Below are positions 29,711 to 41,036 of a stretch of 64,000 nt of DNA, one piece after another. The position numbers and the translations under genes are program-made. Positions within the stretch are counted from its first letter, which is position 1. Each line of letters begins with the position of its first letter. The notes under the pieces are model-generated. The model was not told the DNA's origin, made no database searches, and was given only the letters and a program-made list of their open reading frames with translations. Origin of the DNA: an uncultured Solirubrobacterales bacterium (GTDB lineage: Bacteria > Actinomycetota > Thermoleophilia > Solirubrobacterales > Solirubrobacteraceae); the NCBI GenBank assembly GCA_963730055.1, contig CAVSQG010000010.1, positions 42,042 through 106,041 on the forward strand, written 5' to 3'.

Positions 29711-30712
29711 GTGACCGATCGCCCAATTCCAGAGGCATACGCGCCGGGGTCCGCCCGCCGGGCCACGATCGCGGCGTACGGCGCGGCGCTGTTGTGCATC
29801 GTCACCTGGGGGATGGTGTTCCCGGGCTCGGCGAGGCTGCTCGTTCGCATCAACGCGCTACAGCTCGTCACGCTGCGCTTCATGCTGGTCTCGGTGTCGT
29901 TCGCGATCTGGTTCGCGCTGCGGCCCTCGCTGATCCCGCGTCTGCCCCGCCGGCAGTGGCTCACCGTGCTCGTGTGCGGGGTCCTGGCCGTGCCGGGCTC
30001 GCAGCTGGCGGTGGTCCACGCCCAGAGCTATCTGTCACCGCCGCTCGCAGCTCTGCTGCCGACTTTTGCCCCAGCGATCGCCTGCCTGCTCGCCGCCCTG
30101 TTTCTCGGCGAGCACCTCAGCCTGCCGCAGGCCGCGGGCTTCGCGGTGGCGCTGGTGGGCGTGGTGTTGATCCTCGTGGTGGGCGCTGGCACGGGCGTCT
30201 CGATTCACGCCTCCAGCCCGGCGGGCGCCGCGATCGGTCTGATCACGCCACTGTCGTGGGCGCTCTACACGCTGGTGGTTCGCTCGTTGACCGGCAGCTA
30301 TCCGCCGATCGGGATCGCGGGAGTTGTCTACATCACCGGGACGCTGACGCTCGCTGCCGCGTTCCCCGACGCGCTCGGTGCCGCCGGGCGGTTGAACGCC
30401 GGCGACTGGGCCTGGCTCGTCCTGATGGCCACGGCGGGAACCGTCGTCCCGAACGTGTTGTGGCTGGTGAGCCTCCGCCAGCTCTCGGTCAGCCGGACCA
30501 CCGCGTTCATGTATCTGATTCCGGTGTCCGCGAGCCTCTGGACGCTGGCCGTCCTCGGTCGCGCTCCCGAAGCGATCGCGCTCCCGGGCGGCCTGCTCGT
30601 GATCGCCGGCGTTGCGCTGACCCAGCGAGACCGCGCCGCCCGCGGACGGGCGGTGACACCGGCGCTGCCGGAGGTCGAGGCGCCGATGGGCCAGGTCACG
30701 CTCCCGCGTTGA
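29711..30712 (+). CDS. EamA/DMT family transporter
   Basis: about 10 hydrophobic segments, TWG, LRF, FLGE, SWALYT, FMYLIPV. Confidence 0.9.
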   Translation: MTDRPIPEAYAPGSARRATIAAYGAALLCIVTWGMVFPGSARLLVRINALQLVTLRFMLVSVSFAIWFALRPSLIPRLPRRQWLTVLVCGVLAVPGSQLAVVHAQSYLSPPLAALLPTFAPAIACLLAALFLGEHLSLPQAAGFAVALVGVVLILVVGAGTGVSIHASSPAGAAIGLITPLSWALYTLVVRSLTGSYPPIGIAGVVYITGTLTLAAAFPDALGAAGRLNAGDWAWLVLMATAGTVVPNVLWLVSLRQLSVSRTTAFMYLIPVSASLWTLAVLGRAPEAIALPGGLLVIAGVALTQRDRAARGRAVTPALPEVEAPMGQVTLPR

Positions 30713-30717
30713 GGCCG

Positions 30718-31896
30718 ATGCGCAACATCGAATCCAAGATCCTGAGCGTGGACGACGCCGAGTACTTCGCCCGGCGACGTCTCCCGAAGGCGATGGCGCA
30801 GGGACTCGAGGTGGGTCCTCCGGACAGCACCTTCGCCCGCAACCTGGCCGCGTTCGCGGCCATCCATCTTCGCCCTCGCGCGGCCGTGTTCCATCCCCGC
30901 CGCGATCTGCGCACGACGGTCCTCGGCCACGAGATCTCGATGCCGGTGATCGTCGCGCCCACCGGAAACGTGCGCATCCTTCACCCCGACGGCGAGCCGG
31001 GCGTCGCCCGGGCCGCGGGCGCGGCAGGGACGATCCAGTGCGTCAGCACCTTCACCGGCTACCCGATCGAGGCGATCACGGCCGCCGCGACCGGTCCGGT
31101 GTTCTTCCAGCTGTACTTCGTCGGCGGCCGTGCGAACGCGGAGGCCAACCTCGACCGAGCGCAGCGCGCCGGCTGCCAGGCGCTGGTGATCACGGTCGAC
31201 TCCGCGGCGCGTCCCCGGGCGAAGTACGGCGTACGCGACCGTGCGTACCTGCCGCTCGCGCTCGACGCTCGATCCGCTCTGCGGTTCCTCCCCCAGGTGA
31301 GCGTCCGGCCACGGTGGCTCCTCGACTTCGTTCGTGACGCCATGAGCATCGACGCTGCGATGGTCAGCGGGCCGGACGGTCGCCGTCTCACGATCGCGGA
31401 GGCGGCGAGCCTGCTTCCCGTTGACATCCCGGTCTGGGACGACCTCTGCTGGATTCGCGACCAATGGCACGGGCCGATCATCGTCAAGGGTCTCCTCACC
31501 GCCGAGGATGCCCGCCGCGCGGTCGAGCTCGGCGCCTCGGCGGTCGTCGTCTCGAACCACGGCGGTCACATGCTTCCGGCTACCGCCCCGACGATGAAGG
31601 TCCTGCCCGAAGTGGTCGCGGCGGTGGGCGATCAGGTCGAGGTCCTGCTCGACAGCGGGGTTCGGCGCGGGGAGGACGTCGTCAAGGCGGTCTGCCTGGG
31701 CGCCCGCGCCGTCCTGATCGGCCGCGGCTACCTCTGGGCGCACGCCGCCGCCGGCGAGGCGGGGGTCCGGCGAATCCTCGAGGTGTTCCGCGATGGGATC
31801 GACGCCACGCTCGCGCTGATCGGTTGCCCCTCGGTCGCCGCGCTGGATCCCTCGTTCGTCGACTCCCCCGCCGAGTGGACGGCGGTGCCGCGGTGA
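30718..31896 (+). CDS. FMN-dependent alpha-hydroxy acid dehydrogenase family, atypical active site
   Basis: APTG, FFQLY, ITVD, IVKG, SNHGG, DSGVRRGEDV, GRGYL. Confidence 0.9.
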   Translation: MRNIESKILSVDDAEYFARRRLPKAMAQGLEVGPPDSTFARNLAAFAAIHLRPRAAVFHPRRDLRTTVLGHEISMPVIVAPTGNVRILHPDGEPGVARAAGAAGTIQCVSTFTGYPIEAITAAATGPVFFQLYFVGGRANAEANLDRAQRAGCQALVITVDSAARPRAKYGVRDRAYLPLALDARSALRFLPQVSVRPRWLLDFVRDAMSIDAAMVSGPDGRRLTIAEAASLLPVDIPVWDDLCWIRDQWHGPIIVKGLLTAEDARRAVELGASAVVVSNHGGHMLPATAPTMKVLPEVVAAVGDQVEVLLDSGVRRGEDVVKAVCLGARAVLIGRGYLWAHAAAGEAGVRRILEVFRDGIDATLALIGCPSVAALDPSFVDSPAEWTAVPR

Positions 31897-31956
31897 CCCC
31901 GACCCGCACGGCCGCGTTCGCGCGCGCGGCCCCGACCGCAGGTTTATGCTCCCGAT

Positions 31957-31976
31957 TCAACCAACCGTTCGTATTA
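31957..31976. promoter_or_regulatory. degenerate operator
   Basis: TCAACCAACCGTTCGTATTA. Confidence 0.5.
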
Positions 31977-31999
31977 CACCCCCGAGGAAGGAGACAGAG

Positions 32000-32410
32000 A
32001 TGGCTGACAGAGAGGCGATCAACGACGTCCTCGCCGACTACGCCTGGGCCAACGACGCCAAGGACGAGGGCATCCTCAAGCGCATCTTCGCCGAGGACTC
32101 CAGCTTCTCGTTGGAGATCGCCGGCGTCGAGGAGCCGATCGGCCCGTTCGTGGGACGCGACGCGATCGTCGACTTCATCTACCCGACCGTGGCGGCGCAG
32201 ACTGACCAGCGGCGCCATGCGATCGTCAACACCCGCTTCCTCGAGGACAAGGCCGACAGCGCGAAGGTACGGGCCTACCTCCTGTTGAACGTGATCGACG
32301 GCGGGCAGCTCGACGTCAAGTCCGCCGGCGTCTACGACGTCGATTTCGCCCGCGACGGCGACGCCTGGGTGATCAAGTCGATGCACCTCTCGCTCGACGC
32401 CCCGTTCTAA
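32000..32410 (+). CDS. SnoaL/NTF2-like protein
   Basis: DREAINDVLADYAWAND, GRDAI, RRHAIVN, GVYD; RBS AAGGAG. Confidence 0.88.
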   Translation: MADREAINDVLADYAWANDAKDEGILKRIFAEDSSFSLEIAGVEEPIGPFVGRDAIVDFIYPTVAAQTDQRRHAIVNTRFLEDKADSAKVRAYLLLNVIDGGQLDVKSAGVYDVDFARDGDAWVIKSMHLSLDAPF

Positions 32411-32479
32411 AGCCGGGACACCAGTCACCTGGCTCTGCGGCTGCCCCCGGCACATCTCCGGGGGCGGTCCTGGCACTAC

Positions 32480-33734
32480 AGCTAAGACCGGCACGAACGA
32501 GATATCGAGGCGCTCGGGTGCCCGCGTGAACACTCCCTCCTCGACCGGGCTGAATCCGTCGGCGAATTGCATATCGGTCATGTCGGTCGAGCAGGTAACT
32601 CAGGCCGATCTCGATCTCGGTCTTCGCGAGCATCGCCCCGACGCAGAAGTGCCGGCCGTCGATGAACGACAGGTGGTCGGCTGACGCCCGGTACGCGCGC
32701 TCGATGCTGTTGTCCTTGCGGAAGATGTCGAAGCGTTCGGGATCCTCGAACTTCCGCGGGTCGCGGTTGGCCGCCGCCAGCAGGCATGTCACGGTGGACC
32801 CCGCCGGGATCGTCTCGCCCTCCACGTCGAGGTCGGCGCCGGGCTGGCGCATGATCATATGTACGGGAGGTGAGTACCGGAGAGTCTCGGCGAACGCGGC
32901 CGGGATCAGTTTGTGGTCGCTGCGCACGGCTTCCATCTGATCGGGATGCTCGATCAGGTTCTTGAGCAGGCTCGCCATTCCGCGATCCGTGGTCTCCCCT
33001 CCGGCGGTCAGCATCAGGCTCACGAACGCCCGGATCTCGTCGTCGCTCAGCTGCTCTCCGTCCACCTCGGCCCGGGCCATCAACGAGAGAAGGTCGCTGC
33101 CCTCGCCGTCGCGCCGCTCCGCGATGATCGGAAGGATGTAGTCGGCGAGCTCCTGGCGAGTCTGCAGCCCGCGGTCAATCGGCTCCTGCGCCCCCTCTAG
33201 GTTCGACAGGAACGCCATGATCGCGTTGTACCAGCGCTCGAATTTAGGGTGATCCTCCCGCGGGAGGTCGAGCATCTCGACGATTACGTTGATCGGGAAA
33301 TGGGCCGTGAACTCCCCCACGATCTCCACCTCGCCGCGATCTCGGCTACCGTCCGCGATCGCCCGCTTCTCGCGTTCGAGGAACGGGTCGACGAGGTCCC
33401 GGACCACCTTCTCGATCGTCGGCCTGAAGCTTTCGAGTCCGTTGCCGTGAAAGAACGGGTTGAGCAGCCGACGGTGGATCGTGTGCTCGCGCCCCTCCAT
33501 CTGGAGGATCGTCTTGCCGTGGACCGGCTCGAGCTGCCACGAGTAGTTCTCTGAGGTGACCGACTTGTCGCGGAACATCCTGAGCAGATCAGCGTGGCGA
33601 CTGACGAGCCAGCTGTTGGTCGGCGCGTGGTACACAGCGGGGTAATGCTCGAGCAGCACCCGGTAGGTCTCGTACGGATCCTCGGCGTGCTGCGCCGAGA
33701 GAATGTCCGGTGCCGCCGGCCTCGAAATGCTCAT
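32480..33734 (-). CDS. cytochrome P450, CYP159-like (frameshift near 32580, 3' end approximate)
   Basis: PDILS, NYSWQLEPVHGKTILQMEGREH, AGGETT, ETLR, FIDGRHFCVG. Confidence 0.92.
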
Positions 33735-33778
33735 CCTGTCCCTCCTGCGACCGAGATTCTCGTGGCGCGACTATATAC

Positions 33779-33801
33779 CCGACCAACCGTCCGGTGGTTG
33801 A
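33779..33801. promoter_or_regulatory. operator in divergent promoter
   Basis: CCGACCAACCGTCCGGTGGTTGA; TACAGT -10 follows. Confidence 0.6.
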
Positions 33802-33820
33802 TACAGTCGCGCCACTGACG

Positions 33821-35542
33821 ATGGGAGCGACGTCGTTGACCAGACGAGGTGCGGGAGAGGCGCCGTCGGATGGGTGGGCCGAGGCGGTGACGCTCGGCGA
33901 CCTGCTGTTGCGGACGGCCGCGCGCCACCCCGGACGCGATGCCGTTGTGTTCCCGTCGGAGCGCCTCAGCTATGCCGAGCTGGCTCGCCGGGCACGCGAG
34001 CTGGCACGCGGCCTGATGGGGCTCGGCATCGGGCCCGGCGAGAAGGTAGGCGTGCTGATGGCCAACAGCCCCGACTGTGTCGCCGTCATCTACGGGGTTG
34101 CGCTGGCGGGCGCCACCGTGGTCCCGATCAACACCCGCTACCGGGCGGTCGAGCTGCCGTATGTGATCACCAACGCCGAGCTGGCCGCGATCGTAACCAG
34201 TGACCGGATCGACGACTACGTCGACCTGCTCGGGCTGATCCAGGAGGCGCTCCCCGGCCTGGCCGCGTCCCCGGAGCAGCGTCGCCTCGCCCTCGCCGCG
34301 GCGCCGCCCCTGCGCTCGGTGGCGGTGCTCGGGACCCGGCGATCGCCGGGCACGGTGGACGAGACGCGCCTGCTCGAGGCGGCGGCCACCGTCACGGAGG
34401 CAGAACTCGATCACCGGCGCGCCGGCGTCGCGGTGCGGGGCACCGCGCTCGTGCTCTACACCTCCGGCACGACGGCGCAGCCGCGCGGATGCATCCTGAC
34501 CCATGAGGCCCTGATCCGCTGCTGGACGAACGTCGGGCGCGTGTTCGAGATCGACTCCGAAGACCGGTGCTGGGCACCCTGCCCCTTGTTCCACCTCGGG
34601 GCGGTCGGCCCGCTGCTGATGTGCGCCGCCCACGGCGCGGCGTTCGTCTCGGACACCTTCTTCGAGGCCACCTCGGCGCTCGGATTGCTCGAGCGCGAGC
34701 GCCCGACGATCCTGTATCCCGCCTACCCGCCGATCACCCAGGCCGTGCTCACGCATCCTGCCTTCGGCGGCACCGACGTGAGCGCGGCGCGGGCGATGCT
34801 CAACGTAGGCCCCCCGGACCTGTTACGGCAGATGCAGAGTGCCCTCCCCCATGTGGTCCAACTCTCGCTCTACGGGCTGACCGAAGGAGGCGGCGCGATC
34901 ACGTACAACCGGCTCGGCGACGATCTCGACGTGCGCGTCGAGACGTGCGGAACAGCCCTCCCTGGAGCCGGGGTTCGGATCGTCGACCCTGAGACCGGCG
35001 CTGACCGCCGGCACGGCCAGGAGGGCGAGATCATCATTCGCGGTGTGAGCGTCTGCGAGGGGTACTACCGCGATCCCGAGACGACGGCTCGCCAGTTCGA
35101 CAGCGGCGGGTGGTTCCACACCGGTGACCGCGGATCGCTCGACGAGGCCGGCCGGCTGCGTTTCCTCGGGCGGCTGAAGGACATGCTCAAGGTGGGCGGC
35201 GAGAACGTCGCTCCGGCCGAGATCGAGGCGCATCTCGGTCTGCACCCGGCCGTCAAGCTGGTTCAGGTCGTGGGCGTGCCCGACGACCGGCTGGAGGAGG
35301 TGCCGGCCGCGTTCGTGGAGCTGAAGCCGGGATGCACCGCCACGGCCGAGGACCTGCTCGAGCACTGCCGCGGCCAGATCGCCCGCTTCAAGGTGCCGCG
35401 CCACATCCGCTTCGTGAACGAGTGGCCGATGTCGGCGACGAAGGTCCAGAAAGAGCCGCTGCGCTTACGCCTAATCGAGGAGCTCGCCGACAGCGCCGTG
35501 AGCTCCGGCAGCCCAGCCACTACCGAAGGAGATCGGCGATGA
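33821..35542 (+). CDS. AMP-dependent acyl-CoA ligase (FadD-like)
   Basis: YTSGTT, YGLTE, FHTGD, GRLKDMLKVGGENV. Confidence 0.93.
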   Translation: MGATSLTRRGAGEAPSDGWAEAVTLGDLLLRTAARHPGRDAVVFPSERLSYAELARRARELARGLMGLGIGPGEKVGVLMANSPDCVAVIYGVALAGATVVPINTRYRAVELPYVITNAELAAIVTSDRIDDYVDLLGLIQEALPGLAASPEQRRLALAAAPPLRSVAVLGTRRSPGTVDETRLLEAAATVTEAELDHRRAGVAVRGTALVLYTSGTTAQPRGCILTHEALIRCWTNVGRVFEIDSEDRCWAPCPLFHLGAVGPLLMCAAHGAAFVSDTFFEATSALGLLERERPTILYPAYPPITQAVLTHPAFGGTDVSAARAMLNVGPPDLLRQMQSALPHVVQLSLYGLTEGGGAITYNRLGDDLDVRVETCGTALPGAGVRIVDPETGADRRHGQEGEIIIRGVSVCEGYYRDPETTARQFDSGGWFHTGDRGSLDEAGRLRFLGRLKDMLKVGGENVAPAEIEAHLGLHPAVKLVQVVGVPDDRLEEVPAAFVELKPGCTATAEDLLEHCRGQIARFKVPRHIRFVNEWPMSATKVQKEPLRLRLIEELADSAVSSGSPATTEGDRR

Positions 35543-36579
35543 AGTTCGGCTTGCTATTCCGTCCCCAGGACCCGCCCAATGCGGCGCACATTCGCGAGCG
35601 CTGGCAGGAGATCCTGCACGCCGCCAAGGTCGCGGAGGAATCCGGGTTCGACGGCGTTTTCGTGCCCGAGCATCACATGATGGAGGATGCCTACCTCCCG
35701 TCGCCCTGGGCCGCGCTGGGCGCGCTGTCTGCCATCACCGACCGCGTCGAGTTGGGCACGACGATCACGCTCCTCCCGCTCGAGCATCCAATTCACTTTG
35801 CCGAGCACGCCGCCATGGCGGACGTCCTCGCCGGTGGACGGATACGGATCGGGGTCGGTCTTGGGAACTTCCCGCAAGAGTTCGAGCTGTTCGGCGTCAA
35901 CCCGAAGACCCAGGTGTCGCGCTTCGAGGAGTCCATCGAGATCGTTCAGCGCGCGTGGGCCGGTGAGGAGATCGACTTCCACGGCAAGCACTTCGACATC
36001 AAGGGGAAGATCACGCCGGTGCCGAGGGACACCGAGCTCTGGATTGGGGCGATGTCCGAGCCGGGAGTCCGCCGGGCCGCGCGGTTCGGCTGTCCATGGC
36101 CGACCGATCCGCTGCACAACGTCGACGTGATGAAGTACTGGGCCGACTTGTACCGTGCCGCCGGCGAGGAGTTCGGCACCTCCGACAAGCTCAAGGTCAA
36201 CCTGCTCCGCGACGGGTGGGTGGGCGACTCGCTCGAAGACGTCGAGCGCGTGTGGTGGCCGTGCATACGCAGCGAGCACTGGTTCTACTTCGAGCAGGTT
36301 CCGCGCTGGGTGGCCGAGCGCGAGCCGTTCCTGGAGGGGATCACCAAGGAGGACGACTTCAAGTTCGACCGCCACCGGATCGATCGCCTGATCGTCGGGT
36401 CCCCTGAGGACTGCATCGAGTCGATCCGCGCCTTCCAGGACGCGATCGACATGAACTATCTGATCATGTCGTTCCGGGTCGCCGCGGGTCCGAGTCACGA
36501 GCAGGAGCTCGAGTGCATCCGACGATTCGGCGCCGACGTGATCCCGGCGTTCAAGTCCGTTCCGGCCGCGACGGCCTGA
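35539..36579 (+). CDS. luciferase-like (LLM) flavin-dependent oxidoreductase
   Basis: GFDGVFVPEHH, AMADVLAGGR, GVRRAARFG, IVGSPE. Confidence 0.92.
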   Translation: MKFGLLFRPQDPPNAAHIRERWQEILHAAKVAEESGFDGVFVPEHHMMEDAYLPSPWAALGALSAITDRVELGTTITLLPLEHPIHFAEHAAMADVLAGGRIRIGVGLGNFPQEFELFGVNPKTQVSRFEESIEIVQRAWAGEEIDFHGKHFDIKGKITPVPRDTELWIGAMSEPGVRRAARFGCPWPTDPLHNVDVMKYWADLYRAAGEEFGTSDKLKVNLLRDGWVGDSLEDVERVWWPCIRSEHWFYFEQVPRWVAEREPFLEGITKEDDFKFDRHRIDRLIVGSPEDCIESIRAFQDAIDMNYLIMSFRVAAGPSHEQELECIRRFGADVIPAFKSVPAATA

Positions 36580-36606
36580 GGCTCGCGACCGCCAGGCGCG
36601 GCTCGG

Positions 36607-37392
36607 TCACTGCGAGCCGCGCCACGCCAGCGAGCCGCCGTCGATGACGAACGACGCTCCGGTGGTCCAGGAGGACTCCTCAGAAGCGAGGAAGCAGACG
36701 AGATTCGCCACCTCATCAGGCCTGCCAAGCCTCGGGATCAGATGCGATCCGGTCAGGGCGCGCTCTACGGCCGCCTTGTCATCGGCGGCGTCGAAGTATT
36801 TCTGGACCATCGGCGTATCCACCGCCGCCGGGCAGTAGCAGTTGCACCGCACCGTGGGTGCGAGGTCGATCGCGGTCGCCTTGGTGAGCATGATGATCGC
36901 TCCCTTGGTGGAGCAGTACGAGGGGGCCATCGGGTAGCCGACCATGCCCCCGATCGAGGCGGCGTTGACGATCGCCGGGCCGCGCTGTGAGCGCTTCAGG
37001 TAGGGCGCGGCGTGCTTGGTGCACAGCCACGGAGCACGGAGGTTGATCTCGTAGACCTTGTTCCAGACCTCGACCGGGAGCGTGTCGACCGCGGTGTCCG
37101 AGGTGAAGTCGGTGTCGTGCACCCCTGCGTTGTTGTGCAGCACGTCGATCCCGCCGAAGCGATCGGCGGCCGCCTTCATCAGGGCGACGATCTGCTCCTC
37201 TTGGCGCACGTCGCAGTGGACGTAGATCGCCTCTCCGCCATCCTGCGCGATCAGCCCGGCGGTCCGCTCACCGGTCTCGTCGTTGACGTCGGTCACCACG
37301 ACCTTCGCCCCGCGCCGCGCCATCTCCTGTGCGGTGGCGCGCCCGATCCCGCCGCCCGACCCGGTGACAATGCACACCTTCTCCGTAAGCAT
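36607..37392 (-). CDS. SDR family oxidoreductase
   Basis: TGSGGGIG, NNAG, YCSTKG. Confidence 0.92.
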   Translation of the reverse strand: MLTEKVCIVTGSGGGIGRATAQEMARRGAKVVVTDVNDETGERTAGLIAQDGGEAIYVHCDVRQEEQIVALMKAAADRFGGIDVLHNNAGVHDTDFTSDTAVDTLPVEVWNKVYEINLRAPWLCTKHAAPYLKRSQRGPAIVNAASIGGMVGYPMAPSYCSTKGAIIMLTKATAIDLAPTVRCNCYCPAAVDTPMVQKYFDAADDKAAVERALTGSHLIPRLGRPDEVANLVCFLASEESSWTTGASFVIDGGSLAWRGSQ

Positions 37393-37425
37393 CAAATTCA
37401 CTCTCCTTTGCCCGGCTCCCATTGA

Positions 37426-38395
37426 TCACTCGGCCACCGGCACGCCGGCGCCGCCTGGCACGCGCTCCATGAAGAACGTCGTGTAGTCCGTGATGTCCGG
37501 CAGGCACGTAGTAGTCGGTCTCGTCCTGGATCATCTGCCACTGGGCGAGCACGTCCTCGGGAGCCAGGTCGGCGTTGGCGTAGCCTTGCGTCTCGGCCAC
37601 GAACATCCGAGCGACGCGTCCACCCCCGGCCGCGTAGATCTCGCCGGTGACCGGACACGACTCGTGCGCGAAGAACGCGACGACCGGAGATACGAGTTCC
37701 GGGAGCAGCAGGTCGAACACCGTCGCGGCCGGCGTCTCACTGACCTCTGAACGCGCGCTCTGATTGATATCGCTGTCGGGGTCGGCCATCCGCGTCTTGG
37801 CATACGGGGCAACCAGGTTCACCTTGATGCCGTGCTCGGCGCCCGCCGCGGCAAGGTTGCGCGCGAGCCCGACCAAACCACCCTTCGCCGCTCCGTACGA
37901 GGCCAGAAACGGCGAACCGAAGATCGCACACGACGTAGTCATGACGACCCGGCCGTATCCCTGCTCGGCCATGTGCGGCCACGCCGCGCGGGTCACGTTG
38001 AAGGCGCCCATCAGATGAACCGACAGGTGGCGCTCGACATCCTCGGCGCCGCTCACCGGAACCTCGTGAGAGGTCAGGATGCCGGCGTTGTTGACGACGA
38101 TGTCGACGCCGCCGAACCGCTCGAGGGCGCTCGCCACGATCGACTCGGCCCCCTCCGGCGAGGCCACCGACGCGGTGTTGGCGATGGCGGCCCCTCCGGC
38201 CGCCTCGACCTCAGCGACGACAGACCGAGCCGGCTCGTCATCGGAGCCGCTTCCGTCGACGGCTCCGCCCAGATCGTTGACGACGACGTTCGCGCCCCGA
38301 GCCGCCAGCAGGAGGGCGTGCGTGCGGCCCATCCCGCGTCCGGCGCCCGTGACGATCGCGGTTCGGCCGTCGAACCTCAGCGTTTCCTGACTCAT
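37426..38395 (-). CDS. SDR, MFE-2/HSD17B4-type (R)-3-hydroxyacyl-CoA dehydrogenase (frameshift near 37500)
   Basis: LRFDGR..TGAGRGMGR..VVVNDLGG, YGAAKGG, PVTGEIYAAGGGRVAR. Confidence 0.9.
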
Positions 38396-38413
38396 CCCAA
38401 TCTCCCTCCGTCG

Positions 38414-40055
38414 TTAAGGCTCCGATAGACCCAGCTCGGCGAGCAGCGCCTCCCGAAGGCGGAACTTCTGAATCTTGGTCGCGGACATCGGCCACTCCGT
38501 GACGAAGCGGACGTACCGAGGCACCTTGAAGCTGGCGATCGCTCCATCGCAGAGGGCGACCACCTCCGCTGCCGTCAGCTCCTGGCCCGGCGCGAGCTCG
38601 ACGAACACCGCCGGGACCTCGTCGAGTCGTTCATCCGGGACGCCGATAACCTGCACCAGCTTGATCGCCGGGTGGGTCGACAGGTAGGACTCGATCTCGG
38701 CCGGCGCGACGTTCTCGCCACCCACCTTGAGCATCTCCTTGAGACGGCCGAGGTAGGTGACGAGGCCGTCGCTGTCGATCCTTCCCAGGTCGCCTGAGCG
38801 GAGCCAGCCGTCCCCGGTCATCGCCGAGGCGGTGTTCTCAGGATCCTTGTAGTAGCCCTCGAACAGGCCGGGGCCGCGGAGCTGGAGCTCGCCCGGCGTA
38901 TCCGTCCCGACCTCCTCGCCGGTCTCAGGATCGATCACCCGGACCTCCGTTCCGAGTACGGGCGCCCCGGCCGTCTCGGCTTGTTCGTCCGGCGTGGCGT
39001 CCCACCTGTTGCACGTGATCACGCCGGCCGCCTCGGTCATCCCGAACGGCCCGCCGATCTGAACGGCGTTCGGAAACGCCGCCTGGATCATGCGCAGGGT
39101 GTCGGGTGGAGCGACGTTGAGGAGTCCCCTGACCCGGGACAGGTCCCGGTTCGGGAAGTCCGGATGGCGGATCAGGCCCATCACGATCGGCGGGAATACG
39201 GACTCGACCCAGGTCACGCGCTCGCGCTCGATCATCTCGAGCGCCGCGCCCGGCTCGAAGTGCAACGTCGACACGAGCGTCGCGCCGAGGTTGAACGCGA
39301 AGATCATCGGCCCGAGGCAACCCATGTGAAACATCGGCAGCGGATCCCAGATCCTCTCATCGGCGGTTATCCCGAGGCGCGACGCCGCCGAGACCCACAC
39401 GCGGAACGCCGCCTCATGAGTAATGAGCGCGCCCTTCGGATACGCGGTCGTACCCGACGTGAACAGGATCAGCGCGATGTCACGCACTCGAACGGATCCT
39501 CGCCGCCGCTCGATCTCCGCCTCGTCCACCTCCTGTGCGAGCCCATCGAACGAGGCGCGGCTGAGCAGCCCAGGCGGGGCCTTGTCTCCGAGCAGCACGA
39601 CACAGCGGAGCGTCGGCGCGTCGGCCAGCGCGAGCCGCGCCGGATCGAGGCTCGCCGGGAGCGCGGGGAGCGCCTCGGCCAATCGCTCCACGAAGTCGAC
39701 CTGCTCGTCGACGATGTCGCTGGTCAGCAGCACCTCGATGTCCGCGTACCTGATCACGTAGCTGAGCTCGTGGGCGCGGAAGCGCGTGTTGATCGGCACG
39801 GCGACGGCGCCGAGTAGCTGCGCGGCGAACAAGCCGAACACGAACTCCGGCGAGTTCGGCATCAGCAGCCCGACATGGTCCCCGCCGCCGACATCGATCG
39901 CGGCGAGCGACCGCGCGGTTTGGATCGCCCGGTCGGCCACCTCGCGATAGCGTGAAGCGGGCGTGCGGGAAGACGAGGGCCTCGTGGTCGGGCCGGTGGT
40001 CCGCCGCGCGTAGCAGGATGTCGCCGATCGTCGTCGCCTGTGCCCATTCGCGCAT
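38414..40055 (-). CDS. AMP-dependent acyl-CoA ligase, paralogue of 33821-35542 (frameshift near 39945)
   Basis: FTSGTT, FGMTE, RSGDLG, GRLKEMLKVGGENV, EWPMSATKIQK. Confidence 0.92.
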
Positions 40056-40066
40056 CCGCACCTCCA

Positions 40067-41033
40067 TCACGTGATCGGTTCGCCGGCGAGCGTCGCCGCC
40101 AGACGGTCGAGATGGACCGGAAGCTGCAGGCGCAGCGCGGCGAGCCTGAAGTCGTTCGAGCGCGCGCGGTCGAACGCGTGCAGCCCCGACAACGCGTAAT
40201 AGGCAAGCCGAACGTAGCCCGAGCACGCGGTGCCAGTGCAGCCGCTCGGCATCGACGGGAGCGCGCATCCGCTCGCCATATCGCTCCACCAGCGCGTGCT
40301 CGGCCACCATCGACGGCTCCCACACGGGGATGAAGCACCAGGCAAGATCCGCCAGCGGATCCCCGACGCTTGCCATCTCCCAGTCGAGGACCCCACGGAT
40401 CCGACCACCGTCGATCACCATGTTTCCCATTCGGTAGTCGCCGTGAGTCAGGACCTCGTGCTCGAGCGGCGGCGGCCGGTGTCGACCGAGCCACCAGAGG
40501 GCCCCTCGCAGAACCGCGGGGATCGGCGCGAACCGCTCGAGGCGTTGGCGATACCAATCGAGGTCGGACGGCCGCTCGGCGCTCCGGCCCCCGGGGCTCG
40601 CGATCGCTCCGGGACTGGTCCGGTGCAGCGACGCGAGCACGTCGACGGCGTCTTGCGCCACCTCGGTTCGGACAGGTTCGTCGATCTCGCGCCATCCCAC
40701 CGGCACCTCGCCGCGAATCCGCTCCATGACCAGGAAGGGGCACTCGAACGGGTTCTCCGCGCTGTCGTCGTACCAGAGCAGGGCCGGTGCCGGGACGGCT
40801 CCCGCGACCGCCTCGAGCGCGGCGCGCTGGGTCAGGATGGCTTGCGGGCCCGAGGCAAGCGTGGGCAGGCGGAGCACCGCTTCGCGCTCGCCGGCGCCCG
40901 TATCGACGCGGATGAACCAGGTCTCCTGCGAGAGGCCGACGGTGGCCCGGTCGGACACCGCGACGGTCGCCTGCACCCCGCGACCGCTGAGCCAATCCCG
41001 CATGCCCGTCGCCACCGCGTCTGGCTCAGCCAC
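40067..41033 (-). CDS. APH-family phosphotransferase, LvaA/ACAD10-11 kinase-like (frameshift near 40215)
   Basis: GLSQETW, PFLVMERI, HGDYRMGN, LDWE, GDPLADL. Confidence 0.88.
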
Positions 41034-41036
41034 GCG

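Noticed and set aside
30718-31896. Mycofactocin biosynthesis locus
   Set aside because: No mftA, mftB or radical SAM mftC in the window, and the motif differs from MftD
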